Positions 10,400-20,622 of a DNA stretch of 64,000 bases are shown in pieces. The notes beneath the pieces were generated by a model. That model had not been told where the DNA came from and searched no databases. It saw only the letters and a list, made by a program, of their open reading frames with translations. The stretch spans positions 64,001 through 128,000 of the forward strand of contig CAWAUM010000001.1 in NCBI GenBank assembly GCA_963785235.1, given 5' to 3'. The DNA is from an uncultured delta proteobacterium (GTDB lineage Bacteria > Desulfobacterota > Desulfomonilia > UBA1062). Every line of letters begins with the position of its first letter. The stretch's first letter is position 1. The translations under genes and the position numbers were made by a program.

Positions 10400-11385
10400 C
10401 GCCGGTGTCCTCCAGGAGCGGGCGGAAGCTTACACCGCCACGTTTTCTCGGCCAGAATCCGCCGGGCCTAAACGTCATCATGATGATCATGACCGAGCCG
10501 AATACGAGCATGCGGTACATGGCAAAGGGCCTGAATATTTCGGGAAAGAGGCTGATAAAGGCCGCGCCGATGAGCACGCCGGGCACCGAGCCCATGCCGC
10601 CGATGAGCACGATGCAGAACATGAGGCACGACTCCCAGAAGGTGAAGCTCTCGGGTGATACGCACATGAGCTTGCTCGCATAGATGTTGCCCGCAACACC
10701 TGCCAGTCCGGCGCCCAGGACAAAGGCCAGGAGCTTGTAGTGCCTCACGTTGATGCCGCCCGAGCTTGCGGCGATCCCGTCCTCCCGGATGCAGTTCCAG
10801 GCCCTGCCGATACGGGAATTCTGCAGGCTGACGAGGCCTACGATGGTGAGCCCCACCACGATCCAGATGAGGAAGTAGTACTTAATGGAAGAATCGATGG
10901 CAAAGCTGCCGATCCTCGGGAAGTCCACGCCGAAGACCCCGTTGGGCCCGCCCGTGAGGTCAAAGGGGTTGTTGATGAGTGCGATCCTGCACGATCTCGC
11001 CCATGCCGATGGTGACCACGCAGAGATAGTCGCCCTTCAGATGGATGATGGGCGAGCAGACGATATAGGCGAACAGGGCCGCAGCCAGGCCGCTGATGGG
11101 CAGCAGCACCAGGATGGGGATCTGGTAGCGGGTGTTCAAGATGGCGGTCACATAGGCGCCGATGGCATAGAAGCCCGCGTGGCCAAGGTCAAAGAGCCCC
11201 ACCTCGCCCAGCACGATGTTCAGGCTCAGGCCCAGCAGGGCGTAGATCCCGAAAAAGAAGGCGATGTCTATGAGGTAGTTGCTCACGAAGAACGGATAGG
11301 CGATGATAATGGCCATAAAGGAAAGGGGCAGGTACCACCTCTTGCCGAAAAGGACGCCCAGGAAGGTTTGCTGATTCTGGTTCAT
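10386..11385 (-). CDS. livM: Branched-chain amino acid ABC transporter permease, frameshifted near 10985
   Basis: ORF 10960-11385 (DLGHAGFYAIGAY, GDYL..VTIG) plus ORF 10386-10928 (IGRAW..IRED, GGMGS, RP.G). Confidence 0.82.
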
Positions 11386-11389
11386 AGGC

Positions 11390-12301
11390 TCAGACCTTCT
11401 CCGCCGTCTTTTCCCCGAACAGCCCGGTGGGCCGGAAGATGAGCACGAGGATGAGGATCAGGAAGACGAACACGTCCTTCCATGCAGCCGAGATGTAGGC
11501 AGCGCCCAGCATTTCCAGCACGCCCAGGATGAGGCCGCCGAACATGGCGCCGGGCAGGTTGCCGATGCCGCCCAGGATGGTTGCCGTAAAGGCCTTGAGC
11601 CCGTAGTTCCACCCCATGGTGAAGCTTATCTGCCGGTAGTACATGCCCACCATGACCCCGGCGGTGGCGCCGAGCGCCGGCCCCAGGGTGAAGATGAACA
11701 GGATCACCTTGTTGAAGTTGATCCCCATGAGCGCTGCCGTGTTCCTGTCGTGCGCCGTGGCGCGGACCGCTGCCCCGAAGGTGGTCCGCTGGATGATGTA
11801 ATAGAGTACGGACATGAGGATGAAGGACAGGGCAAGGATGATGATCTGGAGCAGGGTGATGTTGATCTGGCCGAACTGGAACCGCATGGCAGGGATGAGT
11901 TCCGCAGGATATGCCTGGAACCTGGGGCCCCAGATGACCATGATGGTGTTCTGCAGGAAGATGGAGGCGCCCAGGGCCGATACTACTGCAGGGAGCCTGC
12001 CGGCAGGGTACACGGGCCGGTATGCGACCCTCTCCACCAGGATGCCCACAAGTGCAATGCTGATGGCAGCCACGCCGATCGCCGCTATCATGCCTGTCCA
12101 TGGACCGAATTGAATGGTGAGCGCCGTGGCGCCGAACACCAGCACTGTGTAGCCCAGATAAGAGCCCATGGTGAAGAAGTCACCATGGGCGAAGTTGATG
12201 AGCTTCAGTACGCCGTAGACCATGGAGTATCCAAGCGCAATGAGCGCATAGAATGACCCGATGGTCAGGCCGTTGATGAGCTGTTCGAGCAAAAGTTGCA
12301 T
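11390..12301 (-). CDS. livH: Branched-chain amino acid ABC transporter permease
   Basis: YALIALGYSMVYG..INFAHG, AFTATILGGIG, FRPTGLFG. Confidence 0.92.
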   Translation of the reverse strand: MQLLLEQLINGLTIGSFYALIALGYSMVYGVLKLINFAHGDFFTMGSYLGYTVLVFGATALTIQFGPWTGMIAAIGVAAISIALVGILVERVAYRPVYPAGRLPAVVSALGASIFLQNTIMVIWGPRFQAYPAELIPAMRFQFGQINITLLQIIILALSFILMSVLYYIIQRTTFGAAVRATAHDRNTAALMGINFNKVILFIFTLGPALGATAGVMVGMYYRQISFTMGWNYGLKAFTATILGGIGNLPGAMFGGLILGVLEMLGAAYISAAWKDVFVFLILILVLIFRPTGLFGEKTAEKV

Positions 12302-12350
12302 AGTCTATATTGTGTATCTTATGCGGGGCAATTGCGGAAATCAAAAAGGG

Positions 12351-12421
12351 TGTCACCCCCGCGAAAGCGGGGGTCCAGGAGTTCTTGAAAAGACTGGATT
12401 CCCGCTTTCGCGGGAATGACA
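12351..12421 (-). repeat. REP/dRS3-like palindrome doublet
   Basis: Two hairpins (cccccgcgaaagcggggg and attcccgctttcgcgggaat) in inverted arrangement; near-identical reverse complement at 27024-27094. Confidence 0.85.
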
Positions 12422-12470
12422 GTCTCTGACGTATGCAATCGCCTCATATGCACAATGGTATGTCTGGTTG

Positions 12471-13628
12471 CTATTTCGAGATCACGATCTTGCCCGCATC
12501 GTTAACCACATAGAGGTAAAACGGCACGCCTACGCGGTCACCCTGGGGAGTAAACCCTATGGGGCCGGTGATGCCGGGCACGTTCTTCACCTTGGTTTTC
12601 AGGTAATCGGCCAGCTTGTCCGAGTCGGTGGACTTGGTCTTGTCAACGGCATATGCGATGATGTTCACGGCATCCGCTGCATAGATGGGCCACGGGCTCG
12701 ACGGGATGTCGCCGAACTTTGCCTTGTAGGCAGCCAGGAAGTCCTTGGCCTCTTTGTAGGGGAGGTCGCCGGGCAGCGGCTCGTTGGTCATGTAGCAGCC
12801 CTTTGCAACCTTGATGCCTGCGATCTTCACGAACTCGTCGTTGATGGCCGCATTGCCGCCCACAAACGGGCACTTGATACCGATGTCGCGGGCCTGGGTC
12901 ACGAGCAGGGCAGCCTCGGCATAGTAGCCGGTGAAGTACCACACATCGGGTTTGCTTTCACGCAGGTTGGTCAACGAGACCTTGTAATCCTTCTCTCCGG
13001 GGGTGATGGCGTCAAAGAACACGATCTCCACCTTTTTTGCCGTTACCATGGGCTCCAGAGCCTTCTTGGTATCCTCGGCCAGGCCTTTGCCGAATGCGGT
13101 GTTGTCGTGCATGATGGCAATGCGCTTGGCCTTGAACTTTGCGGGAACGGCCGCGGCAAAGAACTTGCCCTGGGAATCATCTCTGCCGCAGGTGCGGAAG
13201 AAGTATTTGAAGTCTCTCTCGGTAAGTCTTACAGCAGTGACACCGTAGCCGATGTTCACCTTCTTGAACTTCTCATAGATGTTGGATGCCGGTTCGCATA
13301 CCGATGAGCCATAGGTGGAAACGGCTGCCACTACTTCCTTCTGGCCCACGAGCTTCTGTGCGGCCAAGGCGCCGGTCTTGGGTTCTCCCGCATCGTCTTC
13401 CACCTTGATGACGACCTTGCGGCCGCCCAGGATGCCGCCCTTTTTGTTAATGAGATCCGCTGCAATCTCGCACGACTGCTTGGCCATCTGGCCTTCATAG
13501 GCCCATGCCCCGGTAATGGGTCCCTGGAGGCCGATAACTACCGGCTCCTTGTCTGCAGCCATCGCTGCCGGTGCAGCCATGAACAACAACATGCTTGCCA
13601 CAAGAAGACACTTCATGAACTTCATCAT
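12471..13628 (-). CDS. livK: Branched-chain amino acid ABC transporter substrate-binding protein
   Basis: Signal peptide, IGLQGPITG, EDDAGEP, FFRTCGRDDSQG, GITGPIGF; first gene of the liv operon. Confidence 0.88.
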   Translation of the reverse strand: MMKFMKCLLVASMLLFMAAPAAMAADKEPVVIGLQGPITGAWAYEGQMAKQSCEIAADLINKKGGILGGRKVVIKVEDDAGEPKTGALAAQKLVGQKEVVAAVSTYGSSVCEPASNIYEKFKKVNIGYGVTAVRLTERDFKYFFRTCGRDDSQGKFFAAAVPAKFKAKRIAIMHDNTAFGKGLAEDTKKALEPMVTAKKVEIVFFDAITPGEKDYKVSLTNLRESKPDVWYFTGYYAEAALLVTQARDIGIKCPFVGGNAAINDEFVKIAGIKVAKGCYMTNEPLPGDLPYKEAKDFLAAYKAKFGDIPSSPWPIYAADAVNIIAYAVDKTKSTDSDKLADYLKTKVKNVPGITGPIGFTPQGDRVGVPFYLYVVNDAGKIVISK

Positions 13629-13850
13629 TAGCTCCCCCTCGAAATAAGTTTTGGAATCAACCTTTAAGATATTCACATCCGTACATCACGTAATGGGTAC
13701 GATGCGCGGAATGCTCCGCTTAAAAAGCCCCCTTGTATGAGGAGTGGGAAAAACAATATAGGGGGGCAGCCTATAGGCTGTCAATGGCAATCTCGGTGAG
13801 ACGGTTTTAGAAGAAAGAATACCTTCATAATTCTGTTAACAGGGAAATGA

Positions 13851-13991
13851 AATCCGGATCGTGTGCTTAAGATGCGTAGAAACCTGATCCGTTCAAATCT
13901 TCATCTTGCAGCCTTTGCAAAAATGCTGATTATCTCGGTCCTTGAGGCTGCAAGATGAAGATTTGAACGGACCTGTTTTAAAAACAATTCC
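13851..13991 (+). repeat. MITE-like hairpin repeat copy A (spacer orientation 1)
   Basis: Perfect 26-bp inverted arms 13888-13913 and 13946-13971 around a 32-nt spacer; flanks cctgatcc and ggacct.ttttaaaaa. Confidence 0.88.
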
Positions 13992-14008
13992 ATTAGCTGC
14001 ATCGTGCT

Positions 14009-14935
14009 CTAATCTATTTTATTTGCCCTTATAGTATCCGGCGAGAGCACATCATGTTCACGCTCCCACTGGAGCATGACGATGGCTGCAATTACCGATA
14101 AACCCCCGGTGATCTGTAAGGGGGAAAGTGACTCATCGAGAAGGAAGAATGCCATGAAGGCCGCGGCAATGGGTTCCAGCGTTGCGGTAATGATGGTGCG
14201 TGTGGACCTGATGTAATTTACCCCGACCAGGTAAAGGCCAAAGGGAATGAGCGTGCCGAATACCACGATGTAGAGAATGGACGCCCACTGCTGCATCGTG
14301 TAGGACTCTGAAATGATGAGCAAGGGCCTCTGTACGATATTAAGGCTCAAGGCCGAGAACAGCAGCGCATAGGTCAGAGATGTCCAGGGGTTGTGCCTCT
14401 GCATCCCCTTTTCTCCAAGCAGGGTTGTTGACGCAAAGGCAAAGGCAGACAGAAGCGCCCACATGATGCCTTCCCTGTTCATGCTCAGCAGCTTAAGGCT
14501 GTACCCGCCTACCACGAGATAGCATCCAGCGATGGAGAGTATCAGCGCGATAACCTTTCTTGCCGTCACATGCTCATGCCAGAAGATCATGGAATACCCA
14601 GCCACAAGAACCGGGGCCAGGTACTGAACAAGGATAGCTGCAGCCACCTGTATCTTGCTGATGGCAAGGAAATAGGAGAGCTGCATCAGGGCCATGAACA
14701 CGCCCCCGAATAACAGGAAGTAGCCTATGTCACGCACCCTGATCCTGAGCAGGGAGGGTTTCCCCACAAGTAGGACCATTCCAATAATCACAGAGGCGAT
14801 GGTTACGCGGGTCTGGACAAGGATAAAGGGTGACATGCCCGCATTGAACAGCGCCTTTCCTGCCGTGCCGCAGGAGGCCCACAGGAGGGCGGCTGCTATA
14901 ACCGACAGGTACCCTTTTGCCATGGTTGACTTCAT
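14009..14935 (-). CDS. EamA/DMT family transporter
   Basis: About 10 TM helices, two EamA repeats, QYLAP and TLEPIAA motifs; start codon uncertain. Confidence 0.88.
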   Translation of the reverse strand: MKSTMAKGYLSVIAAALLWASCGTAGKALFNAGMSPFILVQTRVTIASVIIGMVLLVGKPSLLRIRVRDIGYFLLFGGVFMALMQLSYFLAISKIQVAAAILVQYLAPVLVAGYSMIFWHEHVTARKVIALILSIAGCYLVVGGYSLKLLSMNREGIMWALLSAFAFASTTLLGEKGMQRHNPWTSLTYALLFSALSLNIVQRPLLIISESYTMQQWASILYIVVFGTLIPFGLYLVGVNYIRSTRTIITATLEPIAAAFMAFFLLDESLSPLQITGGLSVIAAIVMLQWEREHDVLSPDTIRANKID

Positions 14936-14942
14936 CACGCGA

Positions 14943-16067
14943 TCACAGCTGGGAAGCAATTACCATTCTCTGGACGTTGGCCGTCCCGTCGATGGCCTTC
15001 ATGAGCCTGGCATCGTGGTAGATCCGGGTGATCTCGCTTGTGGCGGTGATGGTTTTGTGTCCGAGCATATCCATGCCGAAGGATGCGCAATCGAAGAGGA
15101 CCTCGGAGGCATAGAGCTTGGCCATGGATGACTCCATGGTAAAGGGCTTGCCCGCATCGATGCGCTCTAAAGCGTCCCGGTAGACGAGTCGTGCCGCATG
15201 GGCCCTTGTGGCAAGGTCAGCCAGAGTGAAGGTGACGCCCTGGAAGGTGCTCAGGGGCTTGCCGAACTGCACACGGTCCTTTGCATAGCGGACGATCAGA
15301 TCGAGCGCCCGGCCGGTCTCGCCCACACAGCAGGCCGCAACCAGAGGCCGTCCCTTGTCCAGGGTTTCCATGAAGAGGAGGTAGCCGCTGCCCTGTTCGC
15401 CCAGGAGGCAGTCTTTCTGGATGCGGACATTGTCAAAGGACACGCTCCCCATTACCCCGCCGGCAAACCCCAAGGTGTCGTACGGTTCGCTCAAGCGTAT
15501 TCCCGGGGTGTCCGCATCCATGACAAAGGCGTTCAATGCAGTCCGGCCCGATCCTGTGGGGTAAGCGGCAAACACGATGAAGATGCGTGCAATGGCATGG
15601 TTGATGACAATGCTCTTGGTGCCGTTCACAACATATCCATCGCCTTTTTTCAGCGCTGTAGTGCTTAGGGCGGTTATGTCGGAACCTGCGGTCTCCTCGG
15701 TGAGGCAGAACCCCGCCGGTGTACGGTCTTTGGCAATGGCCTTCAGGCGCTGCTCATGAAAGGTGTTCTGACAGGCGCTCTCTATCATGGATGCGCAATG
15801 AACCGAGGTCAGGGGGCCGGAAAGGGTTCCGGGTATCTCAGCGCTCAAGGTTTCATAGACGATCCCGGTGCTCAGGTAATCGAGTCCTTTGCCTCCATAC
15901 TTTTTAGGTAAAAGAAGGGCATGGTAGCCCTTCCGGGCAAAGGCGGCAAAGAGCCTTCGGGCCTGCTCGATCTTCCCTTCCTCTTCCTGCAGATGGCAGG
16001 ACAATCCCCGGGCAAATGTACGGGCCTGTTCAACGAGCTTACCCTGTTTGGGGCTGAGATCATCCAT
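14943..16067 (-). CDS. Acyl-CoA dehydrogenase family protein
   Basis: FCLTEETAGSD, NGTKS, R.QFGKP, SMAKLYASE, IDGTANVQR. Confidence 0.88.
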   Translation of the reverse strand: MDDLSPKQGKLVEQARTFARGLSCHLQEEEGKIEQARRLFAAFARKGYHALLLPKKYGGKGLDYLSTGIVYETLSAEIPGTLSGPLTSVHCASMIESACQNTFHEQRLKAIAKDRTPAGFCLTEETAGSDITALSTTALKKGDGYVVNGTKSIVINHAIARIFIVFAAYPTGSGRTALNAFVMDADTPGIRLSEPYDTLGFAGGVMGSVSFDNVRIQKDCLLGEQGSGYLLFMETLDKGRPLVAACCVGETGRALDLIVRYAKDRVQFGKPLSTFQGVTFTLADLATRAHAARLVYRDALERIDAGKPFTMESSMAKLYASEVLFDCASFGMDMLGHKTITATSEITRIYHDARLMKAIDGTANVQRMVIASQL

Positions 16068-16407
16068 GGTTTTTCCTCCAAGCAAGGAAGTCGAGGTAGA
16101 GGGACAGGGCCTGGAGCTCGCCTTCGTTCATGACCTTTATGCAGGAGATGAGCTGGTCCTGAAGCGAGGATACATCAGGACTGTGTCCGGGTACGACCTC
16201 ATCATCGGAGCTGATGAAGTATTCCAGGTCCTTGCTTAGAAGCCGGGCGATCTCTTCGATCTGGTGGAGGTAGAGCCTGCGCTTTCCCAGTTCATAGTTG
16301 GACAGGGCAGCCTGGGTGATGCCCAGTGTCTGTGCGAGTCCCACCTGGGTCAGGCCTTTTTCCTCGCGGGCCTGCTGGATCTTTTTCCCGATTTCTTTAA
16401 ATCCCAT
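16060..16407 (-). CDS. XRE-family HTH transcriptional regulator
   Basis: IGKKIQQAREEKGLTQ..LA..LGITQAALSNYELGKR. Confidence 0.9.
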   Translation of the reverse strand: MGFKEIGKKIQQAREEKGLTQVGLAQTLGITQAALSNYELGKRRLYLHQIEEIARLLSKDLEYFISSDDEVVPGHSPDVSSLQDQLISCIKVMNEGELQALSLYLDFLAWRKNHG

Positions 16408-16553
16408 GACCGCATCTCCAAAGGGGTACGTTCCATGTAGGTTCCCCGGGTATGAAAAGGCAAGCCCATTTTTGGGTACGCAGGGAAGCCTTGACATGAA
16501 TATAACAAAGAGGGATAATAATACAACAAAACGTTATATCAGCGGGGGTGTCC

Positions 16554-17802
16554 ATGTTTGACTACATTATGACCGATGCGCAGAAAAAACTCAGAGATGA
16601 GGCCCGGGCCTTTACCAAGTGGGTGCCCAAGCAGCTAATCCTCGACATGGATGCTGAAAAGATCCAGTTCCCGCACGAATACCTTAAGGAGGCGGGGCGA
16701 AGGAATCTCCTTGGCATCAGGCTCCCCAAAGAGCTCGGCGGCAGGGGGCTGACCTGGGTCGATGACTCCATCGTGGCCGAGGAAGTGGGCGTTGCCAGCT
16801 ATTCGCTGGCCTGCCTGTGGGGCGTGGGTGCTGATATCGTGTGTGAGGCCATTACGCTGTTCGGCAATGACGAGCTGAAACAGGCCGTGGTAGTCCCGCT
16901 TCTCAAGGGAGAGACCTTTGCGGCCGAAGGGCTGACGGAACCCAGGGGTGGGTCTGACTTCTTCGGTGCCACGACCTATGCGAAAAAAGACGGCGATGAC
17001 TGGATCATCAACGGTCAGAAGCGCTTCATCGTGGGTGCCGAAGGTGCGGACTGGTTCTTGGTCTATGCGGTGACCGACCCGGATGCGCCGCCACACAAGC
17101 GCATGACCGCCTTCATGGTGCCGAGAACCGGCGGTGTGGAATCCAAGTACATCTACGGGTTGATGGGTGTGCGGGGTGGGGGTGCAGGCCGGCTCGTGCT
17201 CAAGGATGTGCGCGTGCCCGAGCGCTATGCCCTGAACGGGATCAACGGCGGGTTCGATGTCTTCATGCGCATGATGATCCCCGAGCGCCTTGGCACTGCG
17301 GCCATGACGCTGGGATCGGTCCGCCCGGCCATAGAGATCGCCACGAAGTACACCAGCAAGCGCAAGGCCTTCGGGCTTCCCATCCAGAGTTTCCAGGCCG
17401 TGGGCTTCAAGGTGGCGGATTCCGTGATGCTGCTCGATGCCGCACGGTCCATGGTCTATTCCACCTGCCTTGCCGTGGATTCGGGCAAGGTCCATGCAAC
17501 CAGGGTGCGGCGCCTTGTTTCCGAGAGCAAGAAGTTTGTGACTGAGGCGGCCTGGGAGATTGCCAACAAGTGCATGCAGGCAGTGGGCGGGATCGGCTAC
17601 ACGAACGTGTACCCGCTTGAGCGCATCGTGCGCGACATCAGGCTCTCCATGATCTGGGTGGGCGGCTAACGAGATCATGCAGCTCATCATCCAGAACGAG
17701 TGGTACAAGGAATACCACAAGGTCATATCAAAAGAGGATGTGCGCGATGTGGAGGCCGATGCCGTGAACGCCGATGCGGAAGGCGAGAAGATTTACGAGT
17801 AG
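16554..17802 (+). CDS. Acyl-CoA dehydrogenase, frameshifted near 17665
   Basis: GLTEPRGGSD, NGQKRFI, ERL, R.AFG; after IWVG the NEIMQLII tail continues in another frame to TAG at 17802. Confidence 0.88.
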
Positions 17803-17825
17803 AGAAAGGAAACAGCTCTATAGGG

Positions 17826-17878
17826 ATCAGGGGTCAGAATCCGGATGCATGGGGTGGATTCTGTCCCTGACTTTTTTT
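17826..17878 (+). terminator. Rho-independent terminator
   Basis: tcagggg.cagaatcc / ggattctg.ccctga stem followed by a T-tract. Confidence 0.7.
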
Positions 17879-17963
17879 ATGAAACCAGCATGATGTCTCA
17901 GGTTTTATGCTCCGCTGGTTAAGCCCTTCGGAAATAAATCCGTCCCCTTTTTTGCAAAAAGAA

Positions 17964-19112
17964 TTATAACGAGGCCGAGAAATCCTCAAATACTACCTCA
18001 ATAGGAATTGCAAATCCTATACCTTCGGCTTGGGTTAAGACCATGGTATTAACGCCCAATACATTCCCTTGCTTGTCGATAAGGGGGCCGCCACTGTTTC
18101 CGGGATTGATGGCTGCGTCTATCTGTAGGTATGTTTCGTCACTGTTGACCTTCTTTCTGTATGCGGAAAAAATCCCGGAAGTCACGGTATTGCTCAACCC
18201 CAAAGGACTCCCGATAGTATATACAACCTGACCCTGTTCAAGAGGTTGCTCTTTTGTATTCCGTTTCAAAACCCGGCCGGAGATCGAATAGACTTTCAAA
18301 AGGGCCAGATCGTGGGTAGCGCTGGTTATAATACTGTCAACGGAATACTCCTTGTTGTCAGCCGTGACTATTTTGACATCCTGGGAGGACTTCTGGTCCA
18401 TTAACTTCGCAAGCTTTTCCTCTTCATTTCGCTGTATAGGCAATGCTTTGTTTACTTCCCCCTCCTTGCCCTGGATGATAAGCTCCAATTGACTCCTGTT
18501 TGGCCCGGCAGGCATCTGCTGCATCCTTTTTTTCCACTCATTGATTTTTTCAACTTCAAGATTAATTATCTTCCGGTTCCGCTCTACTCTGGTTTTGAAT
18601 GCTTCAAAGTCCGTGTCATCGAACATGACGACATGCTTGTTTGTTATGACGGCATGCTCACCAATAAAAAATCCCGACCCAATGCTGCCCCAGGGGGTGC
18701 GAACTGAGACAGTCGAGCTTAGAGCTCTCTGGATGGGTTCTTGATCCGACAACTTCTTATCTGAGGTTTCGGTTATTATAATAGGCAATGATCGGGAAGA
18801 TTTTTCCTTGGCATGCTGGTTCTTTGGGTCATTTGCCGGGGGAGTAACACTAGTTGGGTCAGATGAAAAGTGTGATCGCCCACCAAAATATACTCCAGCC
18901 ACAAAGGTCGAGATGAGAACCAGACTCACCAATATCACCACGCGACGGTTCCCGGGACCGGTCGCCTCTATCGTAACATGTTCAGCCTCGGCTTTCTTCC
19001 GGGCCTCGGCCTGAAAATATTTTTTATAAACAATCCCGCAGGTTTCACACTCAACCTCGTTGGTAATCTTACTTGAACATTTAGGGCAGTGATCCAATAC
19101 CTTTTCTGTCAT
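17964..19112 (-). CDS. Trypsin-like (S1C) serine protease with N-terminal Zn ribbon, TM helix and coiled-coil insert; no PDZ domain
   Basis: CPKC..CETC; GSGFF, TNKHVV, HDLALLK, QIDAAINPGNSGGPL. Confidence 0.88.
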   Translation of the reverse strand: MTEKVLDHCPKCSSKITNEVECETCGIVYKKYFQAEARKKAEAEHVTIEATGPGNRRVVILVSLVLISTFVAGVYFGGRSHFSSDPTSVTPPANDPKNQHAKEKSSRSLPIIITETSDKKLSDQEPIQRALSSTVSVRTPWGSIGSGFFIGEHAVITNKHVVMFDDTDFEAFKTRVERNRKIINLEVEKINEWKKRMQQMPAGPNRSQLELIIQGKEGEVNKALPIQRNEEEKLAKLMDQKSSQDVKIVTADNKEYSVDSIITSATHDLALLKVYSISGRVLKRNTKEQPLEQGQVVYTIGSPLGLSNTVTSGIFSAYRKKVNSDETYLQIDAAINPGNSGGPLIDKQGNVLGVNTMVLTQAEGIGFAIPIEVVFEDFSASL

Positions 19113-19163
19113 TGCCTTGTTTCTCCTATGGTGTTTTCATGAAAAAATCATCAAGTATGATTA

Positions 19164-19220
19164 TCCTCACGCGATGATCAGCGGCGGCTGTAAGCCGTCC
19201 GCTGGATTAATTTGTTGGGG
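19164..19220 (-). mobile_element. Solitary integron attC-like site with mutated R' (GTG instead of GTT)
   Basis: Minus strand ccccaac-aaatta-atccagcggacggc-ttaca-gccgccgctgat-catcgc-gtgagga; unpaired C and A on the left arm as in canonical attC. Confidence 0.6.
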
Positions 19221-19352
19221 CTGCCTTTATGGCTGAATGTAGCACAGATAGCCCAGCTGTGTGAGAAAAGGAACTGCCCCTTATCTTTTTTTCTCTTCTG
19301 CATCTATTAGCCATTTGTCATAAGTTGCTTAGAAACTAACCACATGCAGGGA

Positions 19353-20087
19353 TTAGAATATTTCCGCCATAGATGCATCGTCAATGTGTTTCATATATCT
19401 CATACTTGGTTTTGTCTCGTATAGGATGAAGGATTCCTCTTGGGATGAATCATTGCGACCAACAACGAAGATTGTATTATCACAAATGACACCTGCATAA
19501 TTCTGGATTGACATACAGATATTTCCGTTAGACGGGTCGCCTAGATAGATATTGTTTTGGTCGTACCCTCTTAATACTACAAAGCGTTTGACTCCGGCAA
19601 TTTCAATAGGAGTAATGCTAACTTGAGCAAAAGAGTCGAAGGTATCATTTTGAAGCTGGCTAAGCGATATCCCATCAACTATTTTGTAGCCTGTTCCAGT
19701 ATACCCTATGGCTTCAAGATACGTCTTCATATCCAGGAGTGAAAAAGCTTTTCGTTGATTTATCTCTTCTGTATTGCCATACGTGAGCATTCCTTGCATC
19801 ACCGTTTCCTCGGTAGCATTTTCATTGAATGAATATTTCAAAATAGTTGCGAGTGATGCTGATAAGCAACTGAAGTCGGAAGATCTCATGATCAGTCCGT
19901 GCTTGGTGATTTTCGAAGGAGGCACGACCTCACTAATGACATTCCCAGTCGTGTCTATCTGTGTATACTTAACCATAGTCTGTTCATTTTGTCCGGCTTG
20001 ATCTTCATGAGAACTTCCGCTGCTACATGCTGTACAAAAGAAAGCTATGGCAATGGCCAACAAGCATATGTAAAATAAAACTCTCAT
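19353..20087 (-). CDS. C39 peptidase-like (FapD-like) lipoprotein
   Basis: Lipobox-like CTAC; DFSC..ASLATIL, FSLLDMK, FVVLRG, YLGDPS.GN; AT-rich. Confidence 0.8.
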   Translation of the reverse strand: MRVLFYICLLAIAIAFFCTACSSGSSHEDQAGQNEQTMVKYTQIDTTGNVISEVVPPSKITKHGLIMRSSDFSCLSASLATILKYSFNENATEETVMQGMLTYGNTEEINQRKAFSLLDMKTYLEAIGYTGTGYKIVDGISLSQLQNDTFDSFAQVSITPIEIAGVKRFVVLRGYDQNNIYLGDPSNGNICMSIQNYAGVICDNTIFVVGRNDSSQEESFILYETKPSMRYMKHIDDASMAEIF

Positions 20088-20580
20088 ATAACCTCCATAA
20101 TGCCCAACCAATAACTATACTGCGCTTTTGCAGTATATCCCCATTGTTATTCGTTGCACAAATGCAATATACCCAGATATTGAGTGCAAGACATTATATT
20201 GTTATAGATATATAGACATTAAAAAAACTGGTAGTAACTTATTCAAGCTGAAAGCGCTTAAACTTCGTGACTGAAGGGCTGATTCGTGGAATTGTATTGG
20301 GCCCTCCTCCAAAAGCGTCAGGCTGTTGTCATTCCATTTCATGCTGTTGTGAACATGGTTATACTATATTTATATCAGGAAGTTAGGATCTTTGTCAAAG
20401 AAAAGGGGTTAGAGGTTCATGTCTTGCCGGGATTATTGCGCCACCGAAGAGAGCTCGAAATGACGGTCGTGTAGCACGACACAGTCTCCCTACCTAAGAA
20501 GAAGGGGATCTAATAATTGCCCAGATATCTCACCTCGAAAAACGTGCTTGATTTGTTTCGATACATAATGCATATATTAG

Positions 20581-20595
20581 TATTGTAATACAATA
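20581..20595. promoter_or_regulatory. Palindromic operator candidate upstream of the beta-oxidation operon
   Basis: tattgta-a-tacaata inverted repeat, GntR/FadR-like, just upstream of the RBS. Confidence 0.45.
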
Positions 20596-20622
20596 ATACA
20601 AAATGCATTGGAGGTTTCAGCC

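Noticed and set aside
20215-20500. ORF 20286-20474 and faint REP-like fragments
   Set aside because: No RBS or protein motif; the repeat similarity is too degenerate to call
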